Below are positions 11,875 through 25,294 of a stretch of 64,000 nucleotides of DNA, in pieces. The notes under the pieces were generated by a model, which saw only the letters and a program-made list of their open reading frames with translations, was not told the origin of the DNA and did not search any database. Made by a program: the position numbers and the translations under genes. Position 1 is the first letter of the stretch. Each line of letters begins with the position of its first letter. The stretch spans positions 26,288,001 through 26,352,000 of the forward strand of contig OX597824.1 in the NCBI GenBank assembly GCA_951406725.2, read 5' to 3'. This DNA is from Octopus vulgaris. Taxonomy: Eukaryota.

Positions 11875-11982
11875 CTCCAGATGGCCCGTGCCTAAATTTG
11901 AAATCAATATATCTTTAGACTATGAAACGCCACTGGTTTCGGCAATTTGACTTCAATACCACAAAGAAAATGTATGAGGGAA

Positions 11983-12385
11983 AGAGGCGCAATGGTCCAG
12001 TGGTTAGGGAACTCGCGGTAGGAGGATCGCGGTTTCAATTCCCAGACCGGGCGTTGTGTGTGTTTATTGAGCGAAAACACCTAAAGCTCCACGAGGCTCC
12101 GGCAGGGGGTGCTGGCGACCCCTGTTTTACTCATTCGCTCCAACTTTCTCTCACTCTTTCTTCCTGTTTCTTGTCCCCGACTTCCTACGTAACCGCTGAG
12201 CCTGGATGCGCATTCATCCATCCGTCGATGCTCTCGGTGTCGGGGGTTGACCTGCTTTCTCTTCTGTGGGTCTTACCAATAGCAAAGGACCCCGTTTCGG
12301 ACTTCTCCCGCTACAGAGGCGCGATCTTGCGAGCTCTGGGACGAAGACCGCTTCGCTCAACAAACAAACAAACAAACAAACAAAC
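11983..12385 (+). mobile_element. SINE with a family B head but a different 3' half ending in (CAAA)n
   Basis: B head and body match to about 12170, then unrelated GC-rich sequence and a caaa tail. Confidence 0.75.
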
Positions 12386-12591
12386 AGAGCGCCGTATGCT
12401 AAAATTTAGCCATTTTATAAAGAGAGATTGACAAAATATCAGCTGAAATTGTATAAACTGATGCCGGTAACAATAAAAAAATATCGTTTGGCCGTAGAAC
12501 AGTGACTGGGACCTGAACAAAAACAAATTGAAAAGGTCGAACGACCAAGTTGAAGCACAAAAGATTACATTGAATTGAAGTACAGAATACT

Positions 12592-12984
12592 ATTTTTACT
12601 CTTTAACTTGTTTCAGTCATTTGACTGCAGCCATGCTGGAGCACCGACTATAGTCGAGCAAATCGACCCCAGGACTTATTCTTTGTAAGCCCAGTACTTA
12701 TTCTATCGGTCTCTTTTGCCGAACCGCTAAGTGACGGGGAAGTAAACACACCAGCATCGGTTGTCAGGCAATGCTAGGGGGGACAAACATACACACACAC
12801 ATATATATATACATACATATATACGACGGGCTTCTTTCAGTTTCCGTCTACCAAATCCACTCACAAGGCTTTGGTTAGCCCGAGGCTATAGTAGAAGACA
12901 CTTGCCCAAGATGCCACGCAGTGGGACTGAACCCGGAACCATGTGGTTGGTAAGCAAGCTACTTACCACACAGCCACTCCTGCA
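12592..12984 (-). mobile_element. SINE family A
   Basis: Match to other copies. Confidence 0.9.
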
Positions 12985-13159
12985 TGGATATTTACCAATT
13001 ATTATGGACATTTTTTATTAGTGCTAACCTCTTCTTTTAATAAAGACTTTTCCATTTATCGATGGTTAAAAGCGTAAAAGGGACGAAGCTCGAAATCTGA
13101 ACAATGGTGAATATTACAGAAAATGTAATATGAAATATAATTGTTCTATGTCTTTTTTT

Positions 13160-14960
13160 TTAATCTTTTACTTGTTTCACTCATTTGAGTACGGCTATGC
13201 TGGGGTACCGTATCGACGGGTTTAGTCGAATAAATCGGCCCCGGTACTTATTTTTTAATGCTTTGTACTATTTCCATCGATTTCTTTTGCCAATTCGTTT
13301 AAGTTACGGGAACGTAAACAAGTTAACATAAATACATAAACAGACAGACAGACACGCACACACATACACACACACACGCACGCACACACACACACATGGA
13401 CATACATACACACACACAGAGGACAGGTATATACATATACATAGACACACACACACGCACACCCAATACGGGTATATACATATACATAGACACACACACA
13501 CACACATACACACAGATGTACACACACATATATAAATACAAGGGTTGGATAAATTAATGGAAACACCTAGCATCATAGCATCATAATTTTGAAGTCAAAA
13601 GCTTGTTATGATTTTTGATTTATTATTAGGATTGCTTAATATGTTTTGCTAAAATTGCAGTCTCTTTTCAGATATCATCAGAAAAAGATAATTAAAATTC
13701 ATTAAAATGACAGATCTATCGGACTTTCAAAGCGGTCAAATTGTTGGTGCTCGTATGGCAGGTGCTAGTGTAACAGAAACAACCGAAATGCTTGGTGTAT
13801 CAAGAAGTATTGTCTCGAAAGTAATGACACCCTTCGAGAAAGAGGGAAAAACCACCTCGTCGAAACAAAATATCGGAAGAAAATCAAAACTTTCAGATAG
13901 GGACCGTCGGACTCTTACACGAATTATTAGAAAGGATCACAAAAGTGTAGTTCCCAAAATTATTGCAGATCTTAATGACTACCTCGAGAACCCAGTTTCC
14001 GCAAAAACTGGTTGCCGGGAGCTGCAACAAAGCCGGATTTCACGGGCGGGCTGCAATCAGAAAAGCACTACTTTCAAAACAAACGTTGTAAAGCGTTTAG
14101 AGTAAAGTAAAAACCTACAGAATTGGTCCCCAGAGTAGTAGAAGAATGTTATTTTCTCGGACGAGTCATCCTTTACTTAATTTCCGACCACCGGCCGAGT
14201 ATACGTGTGAAGACAGTCAAAAGAAGCATTTAACCTAGACTGCCTTCTTCCAACTGTTAAACAGTTGGAGGATCTGTGCTGATATGGGTGGGTGGGGTGG
14301 GTGGTTATATCTTGGAAATCCGCCGGCCCAATGGTTTCCCTTCATGGCAGAAATAATAGTCAAGACTATTTAAGCATTTTATCTGATCAAATTCATCCTA
14401 TGGTTGCAGAACTGTTTCTGGAGGGGATTGCAATCTTTCAGGATGATAATGCACCAATTCACACAGTTAAAGTTGTTACTGAATGACACGAGGAACATTC
14501 TAGTGAAGTTGAATATCTTATCTGGCTACCACAGTGCCCAGATCTCAGCATTATTGAACATTTGTGGTACATTTTAGAAAAACAATTAAGGAATCGATAT
14601 CCTCCACCGTCATCACTACAAGAACTGGAGACTGTTTTAGCTTAAGAATGGACCAAAATTCATTTGGAAGCAATTCACACTTCGTACAAGTCCATACCTC
14701 ATAGAATTCAAGGTGTAATTACTGCCAAGGGCGGTCCTACCCCATATTAAAATACATTTGTTTGAAATTTTAGGTGCTTCCATTATTTTGTCCAACCCCT
14801 GTATATATAACGGGCTTAAGTACAGTTTCCGCCTACCACATTATATCTCTAGGCATTGGTCGGATCAAGGCTGGAGTAAAAGATGCTTGTCGCGCAGTGG
14901 GACTGAACCTGAAACCACGTGGTTGTTAAGCGAGCTTCTTAACAGAACCAAGCCTGCACC
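13160..14960 (-). mobile_element. Old SINE family A copy split by the Tc1 insertion
   Basis: Tail and body at 13160-13330, microsatellite to 13538, head half at 14805-14960. Confidence 0.7.
13539..14801 (+). mobile_element. Full-length Tc1-like DNA transposon (DD36E spacing); transposase disrupted
   Basis: 31-bp imperfect TIRs (caagggttggataaattaatggaaacaccta / taggtgcttccattattttgtccaacccctg) and TA TSD. Paired-like HTH MTDLSDFQSGQIVGARMAGAS at 13707, then FSDES, FQDDNAPIH and PDLSIIEHLW. Stops and frameshifts present. Confidence 0.92.
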
Positions 14961-14965
14961 TATAT

Positions 14966-15389
14966 TACTCTTTACTCTTTTACTCTTTTACTCTTTTACT
15001 TGTTTCAGTCATTTGACTGCGGCCATGCTGGAGCACCGCCTTTAGTCGAGCAAATCGAGCCCGGAACTTATTCTTTGTAACCCTAGTACTTATTCTATCG
15101 GTCTCTTTTGCCGAACCGCTAAGTGACGGGGACGTAAACACACCAGCATCGGTTGTCAAGCAACGCTAGGGGGACAAACACAGACACACAAACATCACAC
15201 ACATACACATATATATACATATATACGACAGGCTTCTTTCAGTTTCCGTCTTCCAAATCCACTCACAAGGCATTGGTCGGCCCGGGGCTATAGTAGAAGA
15301 CACTTGCCCAAGATGCCACGCAGTGGGACTGAACCCGGAACCATGTGGTTGGTTAGCAAGCTACTTACCACACAGCCACTCCTGCGCCT
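14966..15389 (-). mobile_element. SINE family A, full length, young
   Basis: Near-consensus copy with a (tactcttt)n tail. Confidence 0.92.
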
Positions 15390-15529
15390 ATGTTTATATG
15401 TTTTAGGTTAGATTTTAACCTTCTAAACAGTTATCTTGTTATTGTTGTTGCCTTTGGTCAACTCTTATATAGTACACCATTGACAAAGAGTGTCCAAGCA
15501 GTGGTCATCTAGTCTTCTTTCGCTCATAT

Positions 15530-15690
15530 ATATTGCTTCTAAAGCTGAACTGGCAGAGCAATACAGGAACCAAGGCTGGCAGGCAGGCACGTTGCATGGT
15601 AATTGAAGTGGACTGGAGGGTGCTGTGTGGGTGCTCACTCAGCAAAGCTCTGACTGGGCTTGAAGTTACTGACGCAACAAAGGATAGGGA
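15530..15690 (+). pseudogene. Hero/NeSL-like (RLE) LINE C-terminal fragment
   Basis: With one frameshift it reads AELAEQYRNQGWQA / RCMVIEVDWRVLCGCSLSKALTGL, resembling the EL..EC..QGW.A.C.PIEVGCRG motif. Confidence 0.55.
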
Positions 15691-15784
15691 CGAAAATCCC
15701 ATTACACTGAATAACAAAATTTTTATCTTTGGGTAGCAACTGTTATTTCCTATTTGCTTACACCTTGAAAGTATAAAAAATGGC

Positions 15785-16203
15785 GGATCTTTTCGGTTTG
15801 TACGGCTGTTTTTTCTAGCGGTGTCATATGAAATTGTCACCCATAATTATGACCCTAGTATCGATCTATTGCATTTTAATGTATTTTAGGGTTAAGGTTA
15901 GGGTTAGGGTGGGGGAAGGGTATCTTTTTTTCTTCACAAATGTAAATATACGCAATCTGTTTCTTAAACGAGGGACATATTCATACGGCACAGAATGTTG
16001 TTTACCTCAATAGATGTCAGTAGTTGGTTGAAATTGCAGAAATTGAAGAAAAAAACAACAAATATCTTACAAACAATAAAATTTTCTCAATAAAGCCAGA
16101 GAAAAAGATGTTTTATAAACACATTCTACCAGTATACGAAGTTTAAAATTTTTTAGTTACCTAGAAATTATGTTAAAAACTGCCGTTCAAACCGAAAGGA
16201 TCC
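15785..16203 (+). mobile_element. Non-autonomous DNA transposon (Merlin-like): 29-bp TIRs starting GGATC, 8-bp TSD, internal TTAGGG repeats
   Basis: ggatcttttcggtttgtacggctgttttt / aaaaactgccgttcaaaccgaaaggatcc. Flanks aaaatggc / aaaatgac. Second copy at 51299-51739. Confidence 0.8.
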
Positions 16204-16759
16204 AAAATGACTAATATCTCCTTCAAACTTTACTTTTGTTACAATATCTATTCAAACCCAAAAGAATCCCTCTTAACACATGGCGATAATCTTCTCCACT
16301 GCTCATGATCAGAGATGCACATATCGTCAGCCATTAAGGGACATGCTCAGATGGTTAAGACCAAGCATCTGAAAAGCAAATCTGTGGTATTGAAAGAATA
16401 TTTGCTATAACAACATTTCTGCTTCAGCAAGTCAGAGCTGAATCTGGCTGAAATGTAAGGGAAAATTGGTGAGTTTCAGCAAAATTTGAAGGAGATAGAA
16501 GCCATTTCCTTTGATTTCTAAATAGAAGCAAATATGAAATTGTTGTGGAAGGATTCCGACCCCCTCCCCCATATGATTAATAGTGGACCGAAACATTTCT
16601 ATTACATAGACAACGGACGGGTCGTCAGGCAGTTCGTGTTGGTAGCAGACACTGTGTGCTTTTGATATAGAATGTTGAGTCTCGTGTAATAGCAATAGTA
16701 GCGCGTCGTGTATATACATTCTTCCCACTGCTTCAATATAACATATATTCAATACAAAA

Positions 16760-17356
16760 GGCAGCGAGCAGGCAGAAACGTTAGCGCGCCGGGCTAAATG
16801 CTTAGCGGTATTTCATCTGTCGTTACGTTCTGAGTTCAAATTCCGTCGAGGTCGACTTTGCCTTTCATCCTTTCGGGGTCGATGAATTAAGGACCAGTTA
16901 CGCACTGGGGTCGATGTAATCGACTTAATCCGTTTGTCTGTCCTTGTTTGTCCTCTCTGTGTTTGGCCCCTTGTGGGTAGTAAAGAAATAGGTATTTTGT
17001 CTGTTGTTACGTTCTGAGTTCAAATTCCGCCGAGGTTGACTTTACCTTTCATCCTTTCGGGGTCGATGAATTAAGGACCAGTTACGCACTGGGGTCGATG
17101 TAATCGACTTAATCCGTTTGTCTGTCCTTGTTTGTCCTCTCTGTGTTTGGCCCCTTGTGGGTAGTAAAGAAATAGGTATTTCGTCTGTCGTTACGTTCTG
17201 AGTTCAAATTCCGCCGAGGTCGACTTTGCCTTTCATCCTTTCGGGGTCGATGAATTAAGGACCAGTTACGCACTGGGGTCGATATAATCGACTTAATCCG
17301 TTTGTCTGTCCTTGTTTGTCCCCTCTATGTTTAGCCCCTTGTGGGCAGTAAATAAA
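16760..17356 (+). mobile_element. SINE family C: one head plus three tandem 184-bp bodies
   Basis: Units start with ggtattt at 16807, 16991 and 17175. Confidence 0.92.
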
Positions 17357-17599
17357 TATATATTATATATCCAATACAAAGGTATAAAAGTGGCAACGAA
17401 TTGTTCGAGGCTTGAGTTGGACGTTTAAAAAGGATTTTGGTACGAAACCACAGAAAAAATTCCTATAAGGTGGAAAACTTATTGGCCTCCGTGGTGTAGT
17501 TACAACAGAAACTACAGCAGCACCAGCTTCAACTAAAACAGCAACAACAAAACCAACAGTGACTGGGATTAATGTGAAAGAAGTCTGAAAATACTTCAG

Positions 17600-18325
17600 G
17601 TTCGTACTCGCTAGATAGCGTAGCAAACTGAATTAAAGAATTCAACTATAATCCAGAAGAAGGGATTACCTTCTCTGCATATTTTCGTAGAAATCTTTAA
17701 AAAAGAGTGTAAAAGTTGGTACGGCGAGAAAAACATACGATTACTTTTAAGAAAGTTATCCCCTGTTGAACACGAAAAATATAGTAATTATATTCTGCCG
17801 AAGAGGCCAGGTGAGATTTGTTTTGGTGAAGCAATACTTTATTGAAAATTTCCAGTGAGAGAAGCACCCTGTTCAATACTCGCTGGCAATGTTTAAATTT
17901 GTTATAAAAGATGATGAAAATTTCGTCACCTATGCCGGAGTGGTTAAAGAGAGTGTGAGACATTAAAATTGAATGAGTTGACCCCGGACACGGCCAAGTT
18001 TTTAATTTTATTAAAGGGCTTACTGCAAGCAAAGATTCAGATATACGTTCCCGGATATTAACAAAATTAGAACAGGACCAAAATTTAACTCTGCAGGCTG
18101 TAGCAGAAGAATGTTGGAAGATTATTAATTTACGTCATAACGCAAATAACACTGAAGAGAAAGATTGTTCTCAGATTCAAGCATGTCGACCAGTAACGAA
18201 TAAGAAAATAGACAAAAAAAGAAAGAAGAAAAATCAAGACCGAATCCATGTTATGGGAGCGGTGGACTACATTTTAAAAATAACTGTACGTTTAAAAATC
18301 TAAAATGCTACAAGTGTGGTAAAAT
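17600..18325 (+). pseudogene. Gypsy (Mag/K02A2.6-like) LTR retrotransposon gag fragment
   Basis: Frameshifted translation IKEFNYNPEEGITFSAYFRR, LLLRKLSPVEHEKYSNYILPK, LFNTRWQCLNL, IRSRILTKLEQ, ending in degenerate zinc knuckles (CYGSGGLH..NC..KCYKCGK). Confidence 0.75.
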
Positions 18326-18734
18326 CTGTCTGTCTGTGTGAATCCCTAAAACTTGAGAACTACACAACCACTTTCATTCAAATTTTACACATGCCTTACT
18401 TAGGGTCCATGTAGAGCCATGGGCAAAAAAACCTTCTAACTTCTTGCTTAGGACGAGCCTACAACAATATCATATCTTCTCCACTATTTCAGTATTACGT
18501 GTTAAAAGTGAAACGAAAACATCTCCCTATTGTAATGTCAGATACTTTCACTTTAATACTGAAACTATTAAAGTCAAACTATTATATAAGAGGGATGAAC
18601 CATTAACAGTGGACATCCATTTTGCTAGAAGAAGATCCGCTATGGTCTTGTATGTTACACCACTGGTTTTCAATTCATATCAATCAAATTAATATTCAAT
18701 ATCTCACCCTTATTATTTCAAATTTAAATTTAAA

Positions 18735-18897
18735 CCCAGAACCATGTGTTTTGGAACGAAGTTTGTTGCCACACAGCCACACCTGCACCTATGTATGTGT
18801 GTGAGTGTGCATGTGTGTAGAGCTGTGTATGCATAGCTGTATATGTATACATAAATTTCTATACATATAGATGTATGTGTATACATGTATATGAATA

Positions 18898-18947
<50 letters not shown>

Positions 18948-19645
18948 GATGTACACATATATATTCACATATATACATGCATGCATATATACATCCATAC
19001 AGGCATACACACACAGGTGCAGGTGTGGCTGTGTGGTAACAAACTTCGTTCCAAAACACATGGTCCTCAGTTCAGTCCCACTGTGTGGTGACTTCGCATG
19101 TGTCTTCTGCTATAGCCTCAGACCAACCAAAGCCTTGTCAGTGGATTTTGTATACAGAAGCTGAAAGAAATCAATCGTATATATATGTATGTATATATGT
19201 AAGTCTCTGTGTGTGTCTTAGTGTTTCTCCCAAATCACTGCCTCACAGCTGGTGTTCGTTTATTTACATCCTCATAACTTACTAGTTTCACAAGAAGAAA
19301 CTGGTAGAATAAATACCAGGCTTATCAAAATAAAAAAAAACCCACTAGGCAGTATCTCATATTTTTGTTTGCCCATACAATTTATCTTTGTGTGTGTGTG
19401 TACACACACACACACACACAAAGATAAATTGTATGGGCAAAATGTGACCTCGTGTGTACCGTTGGCGATTTTTTTCCCTCTGTGTTCCCTTCTCTGGATC
19501 TTTACTTCTCCTATGTTTCCGACGAAAAGCTCCGCTCGAAACGTTAAACCCTCCTTCTTTCCTTCTTTCCTGAGCGTCCAATAATATTATATTTGTTCCA
19601 CGTCCTCGCGTTATTGTGTTTTTTGTGCTTTCTTGTTTGGATTAA

Positions 19646-19707
<62 letters not shown>

Positions 19708-19935
19708 CGTAGACAGAAACTTAAAGAAATCAATCGTATATATATGTATGTATATATGTAAGTGTATGTGTGTGACTTTGTTTATGTGTTTCACCCTCAT
19801 CACTGCTTCACAACTGCTCTTCGTTTATTTACATCCCATAACTTACTGGTTTCAGAAAAAAAGAAACTAATAGAATAAGTACCAGGCTTATCAACATAAA
19901 AAAGCACTACGCTGTGTCTCATATTTTTGTTTGCC
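18735..19935. mobile_element. Rearranged cluster of diverged SINE A pieces: inverted head copy and tandem duplicate
   Basis: 18735-18795 is the inverse of 19015-19072; 19150-19375 is similar to 19710-19937. Confidence 0.75.
19369..19650 (+). mobile_element. PLE-type pLTR fragment with a terminal palindrome and a minimal hammerhead
   Basis: Palindrome ttgcccatacaatttatctttgtgt.../...acacaaagataaattgtatgggcaa at 19369-19441. Hammerhead gttt-CCGACGA-a-aagc(tcc)gctc-GAAA-cgt-TA-aac at 19515-19549. Confidence 0.65.
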
Positions 19936-19961
19936 CACTCAGTTGTATCTATCAATTTATC

Positions 19962-20002
<41 letters not shown>

Positions 20003-20460
20003 CACACACGCACACACACGCACTCACACACACACACGCACGCATATGTATATATATATATATACATGTATGTATATGTGTACATTCATATTTATTATAT
20101 CAAAGACAATGTCTTTATGTGTTCGTGTATTACTTATACATTCAAAAATTGCTGCACCGATCATAATGAAATTTGGAACACAAAATCCAAGCCTAAGGGG
20201 AAGGGTAATGCTGTGTGTTTCATACGTCATGGACCAAAATTACTGAATGGATCCTTATGATATTTGAAACTTAGATTCAATGCATAAGGGCGGGTATAAT
20301 GCAATATATTTGGTTTGAATTTCAGATGGCTTAAAGGGGGCACAATCCTCAAGAACATTCATAAATTTTCGATGTTGATGAAATTTCAACCATGAGTAAT
20401 TGACACGCATCAATAAGTATTCTCAAAGTTTCCACTTCACATAAGGATTCTAAGATTCTA

Positions 20461-20794
20461 AGTGCGTAACCGGTACTTATTTAATCGACCCCGAAAGGAT
20501 GAAAGGCAAAGTCGACCTCGGCGGAATTTGAACTCAGAACGTAACGGCAGACGAAATACCTATTTCTTTACTACCCTCAAGGGGCCAAACACAGAGAAGA
20601 CAAACAAGGACAGACAAACGGATTAAGTCGATTATATCGACTCCAGTGCGTAACTGGTACTTATTTAATCGACCCCGAAAGGATGAAAGGCAAAAGTCGA
20701 CCTCGGTGGAATTTGAACTCAGAACGTAACGGCAGACGAAATACAGCTAAGCATTTCGCCCGGCGTGCTAACGTTTCTGCCAGCTCGCCGCCTT
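20461..20794 (-). mobile_element. SINE family C, tandem dimer
   Basis: Reverse-complement match with the internal junction gacgaaatacctatttcttt. Confidence 0.9.
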
Positions 20795-21231
20795 TAATGA
20801 CATTATGACATCCCTGTTGTTATGAATCATACAGTGAATTCTACAGCTTTCTACTGAAGAAAAGAAAACCTTTGAACAGATTATGATATGCTAGTATCTG
20901 ATAGCGATGCACGCAAATTACACTGCGACAGCCTCGAAATACCATTTACGGTCTCATGCAACACTGAAGAAAGACGTTTTCATAGATGACTGATAACAAT
21001 AGTATAAAAAAAAATTAAAAGACTTCTGAAATAACAAGCAAAACTAAATCATAATGCCATTCCCTTTATCCCTCCTGTAAAGAACACCATGTGGATATTT
21101 TGGTACATCTTTGGAACATGGTAGATTTAACTTATCGCAAAACTGTCTCCAAATCTCCAAATGATCTTCTTTTCTTCTGGTTATATTTAGTTGTCCTAGA
21201 GATTTGTGATTTAACTGAAAGATTAAACGAA

Positions 21232-22045
<814 letters not shown>

Positions 22046-22437
22046 AATAAAAATAAACAAAATGTGTCGTCTGTTTCATTCAATTCGAAAGCATTTCTTA
22101 TTTTGTATACCTGTCTTTATATCTGTCTGCCTCGGTCTCATATCAATGTGCAGAAATAATTCTGCAACTGGATTAGCACCAATTCCTAAGCATCATCCGA
22201 TAGCCACAAAAGCAAAAAAGAGAAGAAAGAATAAAAAAACGGATGAGAAACAAAAGAACGAGAAAGAAAGGAAAAAAAATAAAAAAAATTTGAAAAGTGC
22301 AGATTTTCTTTTTTTTTTTGTTTTTTCTTTTGTAAAAATATGAGAATGAAAGAAACGCTTATGGCAGAAAGCAAAGAGGACTGGTCTGGAAAGAACGATC
22401 GAAGCAAACTCGGCCAAAATATAGGATACATGATGTG

Positions 22438-22506
22438 ATTACCACCACCACCACCACCACCACCACCACCACCACCACCACCACCACCACCACCACCACC
22501 ACCACC

Positions 22507-22543
<37 letters not shown>

Positions 22544-22849
22544 TCACCATCACCATCACCACCACGACGACGACGACGACGACGACCACCACCACTACCA
22601 CCACGACCACGATACGACCACGACCACCACCACCACTAATACTACCACCATTACCATCACCATCACCATCACCATCATCATCACCACCACCACCACCACC
22701 ATCACCACTACCACAACAACAACAACAAGGACCACTACCACCACCATCATCATCATTATCCTCGTCGTTACGATAATAATAATAATAATAATGATAATAA
22801 TGATAATAATAATAATAATAATAATAATGATAATAATAATAATAATAAT

Positions 22850-22888
<39 letters not shown>

Positions 22889-22890
22889 TA
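22438..22890. repeat. Compound trinucleotide repeats (CAC/TAC/GAC/CAT/AAT)
   Basis: Directly visible. Confidence 0.95.
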
Positions 22891-23324
22891 TTGTGATTGA
22901 TCAGCGCATGTTGTCATCATGAACAACAATCGTTCCTATTTCAAGGAATTTTTTGTCTTAATCCATATTTGATCACAAGGAAATATGTATAAAATGCTTT
23001 GACAGTATTATATGATACAAGAGACATAGGCATTCACATTTACGTACATTTTGTTTTCTCCGTGTGTGTGTGTGTGTGTGTCTGTGTGTGTGTTTGTGTA
23101 GAAGTGTGTGCGTGTATATGCGTATGTGTGTGTGTCTGGTTGCGTGAGTATATGCAGCTGAGCATCAAATTATACGAAGAACAGAGGAATCATTGTGTCC
23201 AGATACCGAAATATATATCTGTAATTTTTGTTGTGCTACAAAATGCTCAATACATAAATGTTTTGGCAAGATAAGATATCAAATGTCAAAACCTTAAAAA
23301 AGAGATGTGATATCTCCAGTATCA

Positions 23325-23490
23325 AACGTATGCTGCTGAGAATTCAGTGCAAATGAGTAGGACACGTTCGAATGAAAGATGATCGCATTCCGAAAATTCG
23401 TTTGTAAGGCCTACAAGTAGAAAGACATCGCGGTAAGGGATGACCCGTCCTTAGATACAGGTACGAGTTGAAGCAATCACTAAGGTTTGT
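23325..23490 (+). pseudogene. RTE/BovB-like LINE C-terminal fragment
   Basis: MLLRIQCK*VGHVRMKDDRIPKIRL*G...G*PVLRYRYELKQSL resembles RW.GHV.RM.D.RIPK..LYG...GRP.LRYKD. Confidence 0.65.
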
Positions 23491-23618
23491 TGCGCTTATT
23501 GAGAGTCATGCCAATATTGTTAACACCTGAACCGATTCGATTCCACTCGTTATTATTAGTCAATTGGTTAAATATCCAACTAATTGATTGATTGCATCTT
23601 TGATTTGGTTTAAACAAT

Positions 23619-24029
23619 ACTCTTACTCTCTTTTACTCTTTTACTTGTTTCAGTCATTTGACTGCGGCCATGCTGGAGCACCGCCTTTAATCGAGCAAAT
23701 CGACCCCGGGACTTATTCTTTGTAAGCCCAGTACTTATTCTATCGGTCTCTTTTTGCCGAACCGCTAAGTGACGGGGACATAAACACACCAGCATCGGTT
23801 GTCAAGCAATGCTAGGGGGAGAAACACAGACACACAAACATACACGCACATATGTACATATATATACATATATATGACGGGCTTCTTTCAGTTTCCGTCT
23901 ACCAAATCCACTCACAAGGCTTTGGTCGGCCCGAGGCTCTAGTAGAAGACACTTGCCCAGGGTGCCACGCAGTGGGACTGAACCCGGAACCATGTGGTTG
24001 GTTAGCAAGCTACTTACCACACAGCCACT
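23619..24029 (-). mobile_element. SINE family A, full length
   Basis: Near-consensus. Confidence 0.92.
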
Positions 24030-25195
24030 CAAGTTATTTGTTTTGTTTTTGTTTGCCAAAGCTCTTTCGTTGCTGCTTGCAACCTTTTCAATGACTTTCT
24101 TCTTAGTCCGTTACGGAAGCCATGTTTGTCTGACTGAGACCTTGTTGGGTGATGGGCTTGCCTGTGTATGTATGTATGTATGTATGTATGTATGTATGTA
24201 TGTATGTATGTATGTATGTATATGTATTCCGCGTATCCATGTATCTGTGCGTGTGTTTGTGTATGTATGTATGTGTGTGTGCCTGCGTGTGTGCGCGCTT
24301 GCGTTTTTGTGTATGTAAGTGTGTGTGTTTGGGTGTGTACTTCTGTTTCCTCGTGCGTGTGTGCTTCTGTGTGTCTATGTGTCCGAGTTTGCGTGTGTAT
24401 GCACGTGTGCCTGTTGTGTATGCATGTGTGGATATATATGTCTTTGTGTGTATGCGTGAGTGTGGAGAGCATATGTATGTATGGGTTGTTGTTATTGTTG
24501 TTAAGCAACAAGACGGGTAAGGGTGATTAGGTGATGGTCTAGGGCTTAGGGGCGGGAGACCCCAGACCTTGGAAAAAAAAACTTTGGTCGTCTTGTTGTA
24601 GTCGAGGGCTCTTCGTTGACGCCTGACACCACTGGGAGGTGGCCCTCGACGTCGCTGGAAATGGAGATCTCCAGGTCCAAATTCTTTAACGGCTGTGTGT
24701 GTGTGTGCGTGGATTATCTGTTTTTTTTTTGTGTGTTTCAACACACGAATTCACAGAAAGAATCATGCAAACCAGATACAAAAAAAACGAAGCAAAACAC
24801 TAAAGTCTCTACAGCTTAACTTGACATCTTGGGAAAGTCATGCCTCGATCGATCGATCGATCTGCATGGCGTCAATAGTGTCATGATTGATCGAAACAAT
24901 TTGAGCTGAAGAACCAACGATAAAAGTATCATAAACCTGCAGCCAACAGACACATTTGTCCAATCCCAGACAGAATCAAAATCATCACAATCCCTTTTAT
25001 AACTTCATAGCAAGATCCATACTTGGATTCAAATTTCATTCACGCATCCATCACAAATAGATGCATTTTCTTTTAGTTTTTTTAAAATTTTTACAGTTGC
25101 TTTTTCTTTGTCTCACTTTTTCTTTCTTATTTTTTATTTATTTTTTAAATCCTCTCCTTTAAAGACTCATATGTCGAAACCGACGGGAGTGGCCA

Positions 25196-25292
<97 letters not shown>

Positions 25293-25294
25293 AT

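Noticed and set aside
18326-18480. Helitron-like non-autonomous motif (also 20090-20450)
   Set aside because: Only a vague resemblance; no termini or 3' hairpin identified
21044-21230. Minus-strand peptide ending RRDKGNGIMI, reminiscent of the Penelope RT DKG motif
   Set aside because: Too short a match to support a call
24515-24555. TAGGG-like motifs as a possible telomerase RNA template
   Set aside because: No exact CTAACCCT template on either strand
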